From NCBI GenBank assembly GCA_020056965.1, contig JAGVGT010000072.1, positions 6,197 to 70,196 on the forward strand: a stretch of 64,000 nt of DNA, read 5' to 3'. The position numbers were made by a program, and so were the translations under genes. Shown here in pieces: positions 43,780-53,762 of this stretch; the stretch's first letter is position 1, and each line of letters opens with the position of its first letter. Source of the stretch: Deltaproteobacteria bacterium (GTDB taxonomy: Bacteria; Desulfobacterota; Desulfobulbia; Desulfobulbales; JAGXFP01). The notes beneath the pieces are model-generated. The model did not search any database and was not told where the DNA came from. It saw nothing but the letters and a program-made list of their open reading frames with translations.

Positions 43780-45555
43780 TCAGCAGAATTCCCGGGCCAT
43801 TTTTTCGGCCTTGGCAGTGACCTCCGCCGCCATCTGTACCTTGAATTCCGCCAGCTTTGCAGCCAGATCAGGGTCGGCCAGACTGATGATCTGGGCGGCC
43901 AGAATTGCCGCATTTTTGGCACCGCTCTTGCCGATTCCCATGGTCGCCACCGGAATACCAGGCGGCATCTGGACCGTGGAGAGCAAGGCATCAAGGCCAT
44001 TGAGGGATGAGGCGTCAATGGGCACCCCGATCACCGGCAGGGTGGTATGGGCGGCCAGGACTCCGGCCAGGTGGGCGGCCATGCCGGCGGCAGCAATGAT
44101 CACCTGCACTCCCCGTTGCCGGGCTGTGGCGGCATACTCAGAAGCGCGAGCCGGAGTGCGATGGGCCGAGGCGATTGTGATTTCAAAGGGAATTCCGAAT
44201 TTCCGCAATTGCTCAACGCAGCTCTGCATGACCGGCAGGTCCGAATCGCTGCCCATGACGATGCCGACTTTTGCCCCGACCTTTTGGCGCCGCAAGGCCT
44301 TGCCGCCGATATCAGTGCGGTGGAATTCACCCGGCCAGCTGATCCGTCCCACCGCCTCATAGGCATTGGCGATGGCGGTCGGTAGATCGCCACCAATGGC
44401 GGTAACCCCCAGGACCCGGCCGCCGGCATTGACCACCTGGCCGTTTATCTCAGCGGTGCCGGCATGGAAGACCTGGACCTCGGGAACCTCGGCCGCTGCC
44501 GCCAGCCCCCGGATCGTCCGGCCCTTTTCGTAAGGCCCGGGATATCCCTCGGAGGCCATGACCACGCAGACCGTGGGCCGGGGATCGATTTCCAGTGTAA
44601 CCTCGCTCAAGCGGCCGTCGATCACCGCCTCCATGACCTCGACCAGGTCGCTGCGCAAGCGCATCAAGAGCGGCTGGCACTCGGGGTCGCCGAAGCGGCA
44701 ATTAAATTCCAGAACCTTGATCCGCCCTTGGTCGATCATCAAACCGGCGTAAAGGATGCCCTGATATTCGCAGCCTTCGGCGGCCATGGCCCGGACGGTC
44801 TTGTACATCACCTCTTCCATGACCTCGGCGTGAATTTCCGGAGTTACAACCGGGGCCGGTGAGTAGGCGCCCATGCCGCCGGTGTTGGGCCCCCGGTCTC
44901 CGTCGAAAACCGCCTTGTGGTCTTGGGAAGAGGGCAGGGCTAATACCGTTTTCCCATCGGTGAAGGCCAGAAAAGAGGCCTCCTCACCGACCAGAAACTC
45001 TTCAACCACCAAGCGGGTCCCGGCCGCCCCGAAGGCCTTTTCGCCCATGATCAGTTCGACCCCGGCCAAAGCCTCCTCGATGGTTTGGGCGACAATCACA
45101 CCCTTCCCGGCGGCCAGACCGTCGGCCTTGATCACCAGCGGCGCCCCGACTCTGCGGATATAAGCCACTGCTTTCTCGCGGTCGTCAAAGACCTCATAGG
45201 CCGCGGAAGGGATGCCATATTTTTTCAGAAGATTCTTGCTGAAGACCTTGCTGCCTTCCAGGGCGGCGGCCTGTCCGGACGGCCCGAAAACCCGCAGCCC
45301 CCTGGCCTTGAAAAGGTCGACGATGCCCATGGTCAGAGGCACCTCCGGTCCGACCACAGTCAGCCCAACCCCCTCGCGCTCGGCAAAATCGGCCAGGCCG
45401 GCCAGGTCGGTAGTCTCAATGTGCACGCACTGAGCCAGCCGGCTGATCCCCGCATTGCCGGGGGCGCAGAAGATTTTCTCGACCCTGGGGCTTTGCGCCA
45501 ACTTCCAGACCATGGCATGTTCACGCCCACCCGAACCAATCACTAGAACTTTCAT
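43780..45555 (-). CDS. purD: Phosphoribosylamine--glycine ligase (PurD) fused to N5-CAIR mutase-type PurE
   Basis: GGAGG RBS before ATG 45555. The N-terminal ~425 aa is 'MKVLVIGSGGREHA...' (PurD). The C-terminal ~165 aa has 'VGIVMGSDSDLPVM', 'SAHRTP' and 'GMAAHLAGV' (PurE). There is no stop between them. Confidence 0.88.
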   Translation of the reverse strand: MKVLVIGSGGREHAMVWKLAQSPRVEKIFCAPGNAGISRLAQCVHIETTDLAGLADFAEREGVGLTVVGPEVPLTMGIVDLFKARGLRVFGPSGQAAALEGSKVFSKNLLKKYGIPSAAYEVFDDREKAVAYIRRVGAPLVIKADGLAAGKGVIVAQTIEEALAGVELIMGEKAFGAAGTRLVVEEFLVGEEASFLAFTDGKTVLALPSSQDHKAVFDGDRGPNTGGMGAYSPAPVVTPEIHAEVMEEVMYKTVRAMAAEGCEYQGILYAGLMIDQGRIKVLEFNCRFGDPECQPLLMRLRSDLVEVMEAVIDGRLSEVTLEIDPRPTVCVVMASEGYPGPYEKGRTIRGLAAAAEVPEVQVFHAGTAEINGQVVNAGGRVLGVTAIGGDLPTAIANAYEAVGRISWPGEFHRTDIGGKALRRQKVGAKVGIVMGSDSDLPVMQSCVEQLRKFGIPFEITIASAHRTPARASEYAATARQRGVQVIIAAAGMAAHLAGVLAAHTTLPVIGVPIDASSLNGLDALLSTVQMPPGIPVATMGIGKSGAKNAAILAAQIISLADPDLAAKLAEFKVQMAAEVTAKAEKMAREFC

Positions 45556-45711
45556 CGTTTCCTCCACCCTTCCTGGCTGCAGTCATCACCGAAAATGGTG
45601 CATCCTACCCGTACCGCGCCGCGCTTGTCAATCCTCGCCTTTGCTGCTCTCACCCTGTTGGGGCTGGGCAGCTTGGGTGTATACTTCCCCTGCCGGCAGG
45701 CCCTTTTCCGC

Positions 45712-45740
45712 TTGACACGAAAAACCTCTGCATCTATTCT
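45712..45740 (+). promoter_or_regulatory. Sigma70-type promoter of the TetR gene
   Basis: TTGACA (45712-45717), a 17-nt spacer, then TATTCT (45735-45740). Confidence 0.6.
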
Positions 45741-45747
45741 TGTTTAA

Positions 45748-45763
45748 GAATGAACATTCATTC
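45748..45763. promoter_or_regulatory. Palindromic operator candidate (TetR autoregulation)
   Basis: 'gaatgaa ca ttcattc' has perfect 7-bp arms. It starts 8 nt after the -10 hexamer. Confidence 0.5.
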
Positions 45764-45813
45764 ATAAATTTATTGCAAATTGCACCGCTCCCCCATTCAG
45801 CCAGGGATCTTCC

Positions 45814-46401
45814 ATGCGGGTATCCGACAAGCACAACAAGATTCTTCAGGCCGCGATCAAGGTTTTCGCCCAGAAAGGTTTTTACAGCGCCAGAATCTCA
45901 GATATCGCCAATGAAGCCTCGGTGGCGGACGGCACCATCTATCTCTACTTTAATAACAAGTACGATATCCTGATTTCTATCTTCGAAGAGGAAATCGGCA
46001 AGTTGATCCAGGAGATTAAGAACCTTATCGAGGCAGAAAAAGACCCCCGGCGGATGCTGGAACTTTTTGCCCGCCAGCACATGGAACTGCTCCGGGATAA
46101 AAAGGATCTGGCCGAGGTTCTGCAGATGGAATTGCGTCAGAGCAACAAGTTTATGAAGGAGTACCGGAACACCAAATTCATCGAATATGTCGATATCATT
46201 TCCCGGATTATTCACAAGGGGCAGGAGATGAAGGTCTTCCGAAACGATGTGATGCCTGGGGTGGCCAAACGCGCCCTCTTCGGTGCTTTGGACGAGACCG
46301 CCAGATTGTGGATTCTCTCTCCTGACAACCAGTACACCATTGAAGAGGCGGCCAGCCAGATCAGCGCCATCTTCCTCACCGGCCTTGCCGTAAAAGATTA
46401 A
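45814..46401 (+). CDS. TetR/AcrR-family transcriptional regulator
   Basis: N-terminal HTH 'ILQAAIKVFAQKGFYSARISDIANEASVADGTIYLYFNNK'. Confidence 0.88.
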   Translation: MRVSDKHNKILQAAIKVFAQKGFYSARISDIANEASVADGTIYLYFNNKYDILISIFEEEIGKLIQEIKNLIEAEKDPRRMLELFARQHMELLRDKKDLAEVLQMELRQSNKFMKEYRNTKFIEYVDIISRIIHKGQEMKVFRNDVMPGVAKRALFGALDETARLWILSPDNQYTIEEAASQISAIFLTGLAVKD

Positions 46402-46421
46402 GGGGCGGTGCGCGGATACGC

Positions 46422-46907
46422 TCAGGCCTCGGGTGGGCGCGAGATTCCCATGATTTCCAACTGCCGCACTCCGGCGGGGGTCTTAACCGTGACGTCCTCG
46501 CCAACTGCCTTGCCCAGCATCGCTCCTCCCAAGGGGGAAAGCACTGAAATCTGGTTGCGCTTCATATCCGCTTCCTCCGGACCCAGGAGGTGGTAGCTCA
46601 ACTCCTCATCCGTATCCAGATCCATCACTGCAACCACCGTACCGAACACCACCTTCTCGCAGCTCAACTGGGAACAGTCAATCACTTCGGCCCGGCCCAG
46701 CTTGTCCTTCAATTCCATAATCCGGCCTTCGATAAACCCCTGGCGTTCTTTGGCCGCGTGATATTCAGCGTTTTCTTTCAAATCACCGTGCTCGCGGGCC
46801 CGTTCGATTGACCTGATCACCTCCATGCGTTCATGCTTGTGGAGATGGTCCAGTTCGGCCCTCAATCTGGCAAACCCGGTCTTTGATATCGGGATTCTCG
46901 TAACCAT
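46422..46907 (-). CDS. greA: Transcription elongation factor GreA
   Basis: 'GFARLRAELDHL', 'GDLKENAEYHAAKE' and the C-terminal 'SPLGGAMLGK'. Confidence 0.93.
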   Translation of the reverse strand: MVTRIPISKTGFARLRAELDHLHKHERMEVIRSIERAREHGDLKENAEYHAAKERQGFIEGRIMELKDKLGRAEVIDCSQLSCEKVVFGTVVAVMDLDTDEELSYHLLGPEEADMKRNQISVLSPLGGAMLGKAVGEDVTVKTPAGVRQLEIMGISRPPEA

Positions 46908-47128
46908 TTTTATTCAACCTCTTAAAATAGATACGGTGGAAAACCGGTCGGTCATCCACCGTGAGTTAATAATCAAGTTGTTTCCGGTCTTAAAAGCAGG
47001 CGAAAACCTGACCCATCGCGTTGGCATCTGGCTGAGCCTAGCGCCGTTCAGGTCTGGCCGTTATCCTTGGGTGGTAACGACTTATCGTGATTCTCCGGCT
47101 TCACGAGCCGACAGCCATCGGGATCTTT

Positions 47129-47230
47129 TCAAGAAAATCCACCTTTGACCCGGGGCGCCACATAAACCGAAACCAGCAGCCACACGAGCAAAACCCCGAG
47201 AATTTCCAGAACTTCCCACAAGCCTTTCAT
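47129..47230 (-). CDS. Candidate 33-aa hydrophobic micro-protein (not in the ORF track)
   Basis: My translation: 'MKGLWEVLEILGVLLVWLLVSVYVAPRVKGGFS'. An AAGGTGG RBS lies 7 nt upstream. It sits between the TPR gene and greA on the same strand. Confidence 0.3.
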   Translation of the reverse strand: MKGLWEVLEILGVLLVWLLVSVYVAPRVKGGFS

Positions 47231-47315
47231 AATTTAGCCACCTTGACCAACAGGGCTGTTAACATAACCACTTCAAAATCTTTCTGCAAGCACAGCCGCA
47301 CCCCGCCAACCATAA

Positions 47316-50276
47316 TCATTGCCCTCTGATCAGGATCGACCTGAAACTTTTTTCCCAGCGGAGCCAGGCCAATATCGTTGAGACCAGTTCGTTTACTTTT
47401 CTTCTCTCCGGCTGCGACTGGTCAATAAAAGCCTCGGCTTTCAACATTTCTACCGCTAGATCAAAAGGCGGGCGACTAAAAGTCAGAGTCTGCCACAGTG
47501 AACTTTTGCGGGGCGTCGGCAACGGCAGACCGGCCTCGGATAAGCGCTTCGCCAACAGACTTGAGCCGGTCAGCGGATACAACTCCTGGACCTGGCGGGT
47601 AGCCTCAACCTGATTGCCCTGCGCCAACTCGCAGCGGACCATGAGGAACTTGATATCTAGACGGTCTGGTTCTGCCGCCAAAATATGCCTGCATAAGGGA
47701 ATCGCCTTCTGGTACTGGCCGTTTTTAAAATAAAGCTTGGCATTCAGGGCCGCAACGGAAGTGTTGCCCGGAAAGCTTTCGGCCAGGGCTTCACCAAGCC
47801 GCAGGGCCTCGCCATTATTCTCTTCGCCGATCAGCGCCTCGACCTTAACAAAAACGGCCCGCAGTGAATCAGGCCAGTCACTCAACACTTTGTCGGCAAC
47901 CGTGGTCTGGGCTGCTGACAATCCCCGCTGTTGCATGAATTCGGCTAATTGCAACAGTTTGATCCCGTCCGCTTCCGGCTGTAGGAGGCCCTGCAGTATT
48001 CCGGCGGCAGCCGTAACTTCGCCGGCCCGGAGATAAATAGCCTGCAACAGTACCAGAACCTCCAGGTCTGATTCCGCCCCGGGAATGACCAGGCATTGTT
48101 GTTCCGCCGCCACCAACTCGCCGGCCTCAAGCAGAATCTCGACCAGCAGCAATCCGGCTTGCCTGCTCACCATGACCTCCGCCCCGGTCGGCTGCAGGCC
48201 ATCGCCGGTTTCCATCTGGGTAAGCAATTGGCGCAAAATTTCTTCGGCTTGATGACGCTCTTTTGAAGCGGCAAGCAGTCGGGCACGAAGGATGGCGGCT
48301 GCGGCCGGTCCAACCTCGGGCCGGTTTTGCAACTGTCTATGCCACACCCGGGCACTTTCCAGGTCTGGATGTTCTCCAGCCAGAGACAGCTCGAAAAGCC
48401 GGTGCAGGTATACGCCTTGGTCAGCTTCGGACAGCAGCCCTTCACGCAGGACCTGCTCTGCCTCAAAGGGCAGGTCGTTCCGCTGGTACAGCTGGGCCAG
48501 CCCCAGCCTGGCCTGTCGCGAAAGGGCTGGGGGCATGCCGGCCTGGCTGGCCAGAACCAGGCGATAGTAGTGTATGGCCCGGCTGAAATCCCGGGCACTG
48601 GCGAAGGCCTCGGCCAACAACACCATCTCGCCGATTCGTTTGCCCTCCGGGGCATTACCTTCAAGCCCGGCGGCAATCTGCGCCAGAAAGGTCACATCGC
48701 CCAGTTCTCCGGCCAGAAAGATGCAACGGTTGCGGAGATTCTCCTCGGAATCTGGCGACAGAGTCAGAGATTTCTTGTAGTCGGCCAAGGCCCTTGATGG
48801 CTGTCCCAACTTTTCGTAAATGGCCAAACGGCCGGTATAAAGGTCGCGGCTCTGATAGCCGGTCTGCTCCAGCTTATTGTAATATTCCAGTCCGGCGTTT
48901 AATTCACCGTGAAAGACCATCAAACGGGCCAGCTGTCCGATGACTTCCCGGTCATCCGGTGCCAGGCGGTGAATGGTCTCCAGAACCTCGATCAATCGTA
49001 CTTGGTGCCTTGGATTATCCAGTAGCCTGGCCAAGGCCCGGTATGCTTCAACCCGCTTCGGGGCCAGTTTGATCAAGCGTTCCCACATGGCCAGTGCCAT
49101 TTCCGGCTTGCCGACTGCCTCCCAGCCCGCGTCCAGCCGATTAAACACCCCCAGGTCCTCGGAAGAAATCGCCAATAGAAGCCGAAAAAGAGCGGTTTGT
49201 TCTTCTTCCCGGCCGTTCGTGAGGTTTATGGCCGCCCGGATGAAGTCTAGATCGTCGGGCCGTAACCGGAGAAACCTTTCGTAATAGGGAAAAGCCTCGG
49301 CAAAAGGCGCTGAGGAATCGAGGTAGATCCAGCAGATTCGCCCGAGAATCGAGATATTCTGGGGTTCTTGTTCCAACAGGAAATGCAGATGGGGCAGGGC
49401 CTTATCCGGCCGCCTCAGGTTTTCCTGATATTTGGCCAGCCACCCATGGGCCTCGCGGTTGGCGGGGTCCATAGTCAAACCTTTCTCCCAGTATCCGACT
49501 GCCTCCTTCTCTCTCCCCAGCGTTTCGTGGAGTCTGGCTGCAAAGAGGAGGGTGTCGAGCTCAACCTTTTTGCCGGAGGACAGTGAAACCAGAAGCTTGC
49601 GGGCCATTTCCATCTGGCCCTGTTCGTAAGCCATGGTGGCCAGGGCCAGACTCAATTCACGGTCCTCGGGCTTCCTAGTGACAATCTCCTGGATCAGCGG
49701 CAGGGCCTCTTTCTTCCGCCCAGCTTCGATAAGTCCCTGTGCCTGTCCGATCAGGGCGGTGAAGTTTTCGGGAAAGCGTTCCCGAACTTTGCCGAAGATA
49801 TCCAGGGCTCGTCCAGACTGCCCGGCATGACGCAGGGCTACTCCCAAGGCGTTCAGGTATTCGACATTGTCGGGGGCGGCTTCGACCAGGAGCTCCAATT
49901 CACTCCGGGTCCTCTCCCAATCCTCCAGGCCGGCCAGGAGCATGGCTAACTCCCAGCGGGCCTCTTCGATATTGGGTTTGGCGAGCAGCAGCCGCTGATA
50001 GTTCTCCAGCGCCCCCCGGAGATCACCAGAGCGGAACAACCGGCGGCCGTTCTCCCAAGCCTTTCGCCACTCCGGTCGGTTCCCCGCACCTAAGATGAGA
50101 TCCCGCTCCGGAAAGGATCGGGGGAATTGGAGGTACTCGCTCAACTGGGCAACTGAGAGTCCGGGCCGGCCAAGACCCAGCAGGAGTAAGCCAAGCAGAA
50201 AAAATCGCCGGATTTTGACCGCATCGATCCGGCCTGGCGATATAAATTTACTCCCCCTGGGCATAGAAGGCGGCAA
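47316..50276 (-). CDS. Large TPR-repeat protein with N-terminal signal/anchor
   Basis: 986 aa with TPR-like helical repeats throughout. The N-terminus 'FFLLGLLLLGLGRPGLSVA' is hydrophobic. Confidence 0.8.
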   Translation of the reverse strand: MPPSMPRGSKFISPGRIDAVKIRRFFLLGLLLLGLGRPGLSVAQLSEYLQFPRSFPERDLILGAGNRPEWRKAWENGRRLFRSGDLRGALENYQRLLLAKPNIEEARWELAMLLAGLEDWERTRSELELLVEAAPDNVEYLNALGVALRHAGQSGRALDIFGKVRERFPENFTALIGQAQGLIEAGRKKEALPLIQEIVTRKPEDRELSLALATMAYEQGQMEMARKLLVSLSSGKKVELDTLLFAARLHETLGREKEAVGYWEKGLTMDPANREAHGWLAKYQENLRRPDKALPHLHFLLEQEPQNISILGRICWIYLDSSAPFAEAFPYYERFLRLRPDDLDFIRAAINLTNGREEEQTALFRLLLAISSEDLGVFNRLDAGWEAVGKPEMALAMWERLIKLAPKRVEAYRALARLLDNPRHQVRLIEVLETIHRLAPDDREVIGQLARLMVFHGELNAGLEYYNKLEQTGYQSRDLYTGRLAIYEKLGQPSRALADYKKSLTLSPDSEENLRNRCIFLAGELGDVTFLAQIAAGLEGNAPEGKRIGEMVLLAEAFASARDFSRAIHYYRLVLASQAGMPPALSRQARLGLAQLYQRNDLPFEAEQVLREGLLSEADQGVYLHRLFELSLAGEHPDLESARVWHRQLQNRPEVGPAAAAILRARLLAASKERHQAEEILRQLLTQMETGDGLQPTGAEVMVSRQAGLLLVEILLEAGELVAAEQQCLVIPGAESDLEVLVLLQAIYLRAGEVTAAAGILQGLLQPEADGIKLLQLAEFMQQRGLSAAQTTVADKVLSDWPDSLRAVFVKVEALIGEENNGEALRLGEALAESFPGNTSVAALNAKLYFKNGQYQKAIPLCRHILAAEPDRLDIKFLMVRCELAQGNQVEATRQVQELYPLTGSSLLAKRLSEAGLPLPTPRKSSLWQTLTFSRPPFDLAVEMLKAEAFIDQSQPERRKVNELVSTILAWLRWEKSFRSILIRGQ

Positions 50277-51444
50277 TGCTGGCGACCACCTGTTCCTGTG
50301 CGGCGGCAGTAAGCTCTGGGTAGATCGGCAGGGCCAGGGTCTGGGTCGCCGCCTGTTCGGAGGTGGGATAAGTCAGTTCATCATAGCCCAGCCCGGCCAG
50401 GCACTTTTGGCGATGTAGCGGAATCGGGTAGTAAACCTCAACTCCGACGCCGGCCGCCTGTAAGTAAGTCCTGAGTTCGTCGCGCCGGCTGGCCCGAATA
50501 ACGAACTGATTATAAATGTGATAGTCCCGGCAACCCGCCGCCCCCGCCGCCGCTTCATAAACCGCCACCGGCAACGTGACCAGATCATTCTCCAGAAGGC
50601 CTGATTCCCGAAACAGCCGGCGATAACGGGCGGCGTTTTCACGGCGCTGGTGGTGCCAGGAATCCAGGTGGGCCAATTTGATCGACAGAACCACCGCCTG
50701 AATGGGATCGAGGCGGAAATTGCCGCCGACTACGCCGTGGTGGTACCTGGGGGCGCCGCCGTGGACTCGGATTATCTTGACCCGCTCGGCAAAATCCGCG
50801 TCTTGGCAGACGATCATGCCACCGTCACCTACCCCGCCCAGATTTTTGCTGGGGAAGAAGGAAAAACAGCCGGCCAGTCCCAACGAGCCGGCCCGCCGCC
50901 AGACCACCTGGCCATTTTCGGGCATGGGACAGGCTGCCCCGATGGCCTGGGCCGCATCTTCCACCACTGGAATCCCATAGCGGTCGGCCACCGCCATGAT
51001 TCTGGCCATGTCGGCACACTGGCCATACAGATGGACCGGGATGATCGCCTTGATCCGGGCCGTCCGGTCCGGGTCGGCGGCCAGGGCTTCTTCCATCAGC
51101 CCGGGATCAAGGTTGTAGGAGATCGGGTCAATATCCACAAAGAGCGGCCTGGCGCCCAACCGCAACACGCAACCCATGGTGGCGAAAAAGGTGTAGGGCG
51201 TGGTGAGAACCAGATCGCCGGGGCCGACCCCGATGGTCATCAAAACCGCCAAAAGCGCGTCGGTGCCGCTGGCCACCCCGATGCCATGGGCAGCGCCACT
51301 GTAAGAAGCCACCTCCCGCTCCAGCTGTTCGACCTTGGGTCCCATGATGTAGGTGGTGGAATCAATCACCTCGGTAACTGCGGCGATGATCTCCTCCCTC
51401 AGGGGTTTCAGCTGTTCGTGCAAATCCAGTAACGGTACCCGCAT
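50248..51444 (-). CDS. DegT/DnrJ/EryC1/StrS-family PLP-dependent sugar aminotransferase
   Basis: 'VPLLDLHEQL', 'GVASGTDALL' and 'FFPSKNLG' (the Lys that binds PLP). Confidence 0.88.
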   Translation of the reverse strand: MRVPLLDLHEQLKPLREEIIAAVTEVIDSTTYIMGPKVEQLEREVASYSGAAHGIGVASGTDALLAVLMTIGVGPGDLVLTTPYTFFATMGCVLRLGARPLFVDIDPISYNLDPGLMEEALAADPDRTARIKAIIPVHLYGQCADMARIMAVADRYGIPVVEDAAQAIGAACPMPENGQVVWRRAGSLGLAGCFSFFPSKNLGGVGDGGMIVCQDADFAERVKIIRVHGGAPRYHHGVVGGNFRLDPIQAVVLSIKLAHLDSWHHQRRENAARYRRLFRESGLLENDLVTLPVAVYEAAAGAAGCRDYHIYNQFVIRASRRDELRTYLQAAGVGVEVYYPIPLHRQKCLAGLGYDELTYPTSEQAATQTLALPIYPELTAAAQEQVVASIAAFYAQGE

Positions 51445-51475
51445 GGGCTTATTTCTCCTTAGGACGAATCGACGC

Positions 51476-52462
51476 TCAGTGGCCCTGGCGCCAATTGGTC
51501 AAAATTTCATCGATATAGTTATGAATATCCGGCAGTTCTTTTTCGAAGAAGACCCGCATTTTGCCCAGCAGGTTGGCCTCGATCTGCCGGACCCTTTCCC
51601 GGGAGACCTTGAACTGGTCGGCGATGACTTGCAGGGTCAAGGGCTCGTCGGAAAGCAATCGGTGTTCGAGGATGGCTTTTTCCTTGTCGTTCAGAGTTCC
51701 CCGCATTTTCTCCACCACCATGGCCACCTTGCTGCGCAATTCGGTCTCCGCCACGATCTCTTCGACGCTTTGGCCGGGTGAAATCAGGAAATCTTTCTGC
51801 TCCTCGTTGGAGCCTTCCCGTACCGGCCCCTCCAGGGAACTTTCCTGACTGGCCAACCGCTGGGTCATCTCAATGATCTCGCTCTCCTTGACGTGCAACC
51901 GCTCGGCCAGGAGCTTGGGTTCGGGCGCGAACCCTTGCGCCTCCAAGAGTTTGCGCTCCTTGTTGAGACTGAAGAAAAGCTTGCGCTGGGCCTGGGTGGT
52001 GCCGATCTTGACCAACCGCGAGTTGTCCATAATCGACTTCAGGATGTAGGCCCTGATCCAATAGGCGGCGTAGTAGGAGAACTTCACCCCCCGATAAGGG
52101 TCGAACTTTTTTACCGCCTGGACCAGCCCGATATTACCTTCCTGAATCAGGTCGAGAAAGTTCTGCATCCAGTACTTCTGGAAATCCATGGCCACCTTGA
52201 CCACCAGCCGCAAGTTGGCGGTCACCAACCGGTAGGCGGCGTCGGGATCCTGGTTTTCGCGGTAACGAATAGCCAGTTCCTCGGTCTCTTCCCTGGTAAG
52301 CAGCTTGTGCTGGCTGATTTCCTGGAGGTAACGCTGGAGTCCGGTATGGCCCACCGCCGGCAGGTGTTCATCCTCTGCAATGCTTACCAGCGGCCGGTAC
52401 TCTTCCGTAGAATCGATGTTCTGACCCTCCGAATAATCGGAATCGGTCATACGCTTAACCAT
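51476..52462 (-). CDS. rpoH: RNA polymerase sigma-32 factor RpoH
   Basis: Sigma70 regions 2-4 plus the RpoH box 'TTQAQRKLFFSLNK'. Confidence 0.85.
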   Translation of the reverse strand: MVKRMTDSDYSEGQNIDSTEEYRPLVSIAEDEHLPAVGHTGLQRYLQEISQHKLLTREETEELAIRYRENQDPDAAYRLVTANLRLVVKVAMDFQKYWMQNFLDLIQEGNIGLVQAVKKFDPYRGVKFSYYAAYWIRAYILKSIMDNSRLVKIGTTQAQRKLFFSLNKERKLLEAQGFAPEPKLLAERLHVKESEIIEMTQRLASQESSLEGPVREGSNEEQKDFLISPGQSVEEIVAETELRSKVAMVVEKMRGTLNDKEKAILEHRLLSDEPLTLQVIADQFKVSRERVRQIEANLLGKMRVFFEKELPDIHNYIDEILTNWRQGH

Positions 52463-52692
52463 GACAGGCTCCTCTCGCCTTGGAAAGCCGCCCGGGAAAC
52501 GGAGAAAACCTTCCGCCCGCGGGCCTGGTTACAAAAAAGGGCATATTATAACGTCTAACCCGACAATTGCCAGCCTTATCGGCGGACGATTGTTGTCCTC
52601 GCAAAAAGGCGCGAGAACGATGGATATTGTGATCAATACATTGATTTATCGTTGGCCAAATTGGCCGGTTTTGACCTGTTGCGCGTCATGAT

Positions 52693-53340
52693 TCAAGGGT
52701 TGCTCAGTTCAAGGATCAGGCTGAAATCACCGTCACCTCTGGTCTGGTTGGCAAAACTTCCCGGCAGCGGCTCGCGACTGCCGGCCAGGCCGGTGGAATA
52801 GGGAACCGGCAGGGGACTCTGCTCTAAATTAGCCGGTTGTCCCAACGTGGCGATCTCTCGATTGATCTCGCCCAGCAGCCGAACCTGCATCGCCCGGTCG
52901 TCCCGATCCATGAGAAACTGGTCGGTCAGTCCCTCAAGGCCGATCAACCGGTGATTGGCGGCCAGGAGATAAAAACGCTCTTTGCCGTTGCCGCTGTCCA
53001 GGGTGAACCAACCCCGGCCGGAGGGGATGTAAAATTTCTGCCAGGCCGGGAATTCCCCACCGTAGAAATCTGGGGTGGGCGGAAAGACTAGGTAGAGGTC
53101 CCCCCGGGAATCGTGGAGATAAAGATAGACATAGGTCTTTTCCTGGAGCTGTAGATAAATCCGCAGGAGATCCCCGGCGGCGAATCTTTCGGTCTCGTCG
53201 AAGCTCAGGCTTTTCACCTGACCCTCGCCGTCTTTTAGGAAAAAGGCCCAAGCCACCCCGACCTGATCCCCGGCCCGGGCCGGGCTGGCAAAGAAAGCGG
53301 TCAGCAGCAGGGACAGAAACAGCTTGCGCAATATGCTCAT
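52693..53340 (-). CDS. Secreted DUF4384-like protein
   Basis: Signal peptide 'MSILRKLFLSLLLTAFFASPARA' from ATG 53340. 'GDLLRIYLQLQEKTYVYLYLHDSRGDLYLVFP' fits the DUF4384 pattern from memory. Confidence 0.55.
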   Translation of the reverse strand: MSILRKLFLSLLLTAFFASPARAGDQVGVAWAFFLKDGEGQVKSLSFDETERFAAGDLLRIYLQLQEKTYVYLYLHDSRGDLYLVFPPTPDFYGGEFPAWQKFYIPSGRGWFTLDSGNGKERFYLLAANHRLIGLEGLTDQFLMDRDDRAMQVRLLGEINREIATLGQPANLEQSPLPVPYSTGLAGSREPLPGSFANQTRGDGDFSLILELSNP

Positions 53341-53762
53341 GGGAAACGCCTGAACGGGTTGAACTATGGTCACCGGGGTCGCCCGGCAACTTCTTAGAGG
53401 CCGTTACTAAAATACCTGGGCAATTCCAACCCCTCACTTACGGCCCCTGGATCACTACCCCTGAGGAGATGCCGACCACCTTCAGTTCAATGTTACAGTT
53501 TTTTTGGACAACGGCTTAGCAAAATTAACCGGTCCTGCAAATCATTAAGCATCGGTAGACGAGCCACTCGATTATATTGAAAGATATTCCCAACTCTTCA
53601 GTTTTGTGATAAAAAGACATGCCTTTGGCTGGTCCCGCACCGGCAAAGGCCGGCGACCTTTTGGTCGCCAGAGTCCCTTGCCCTAGCCATGATCCGCCAG
53701 GCCGTAAAAACCCCAGCGGGAGCGTCACCCGCCCAACCCATCTTCGGCACCCCTTAAACCTC

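Noticed and set aside
53619-53762. The N-terminal 48-aa extension of the lepA ORF. The same issue applies to the extension of tsaC (43776-44018), of the CBS gene (18040-18132) and of engB (56945-57058).
   Set aside because: The conserved protein N-termini begin at internal ATGs. The extensions overlap upstream genes or have no similarity to the families.
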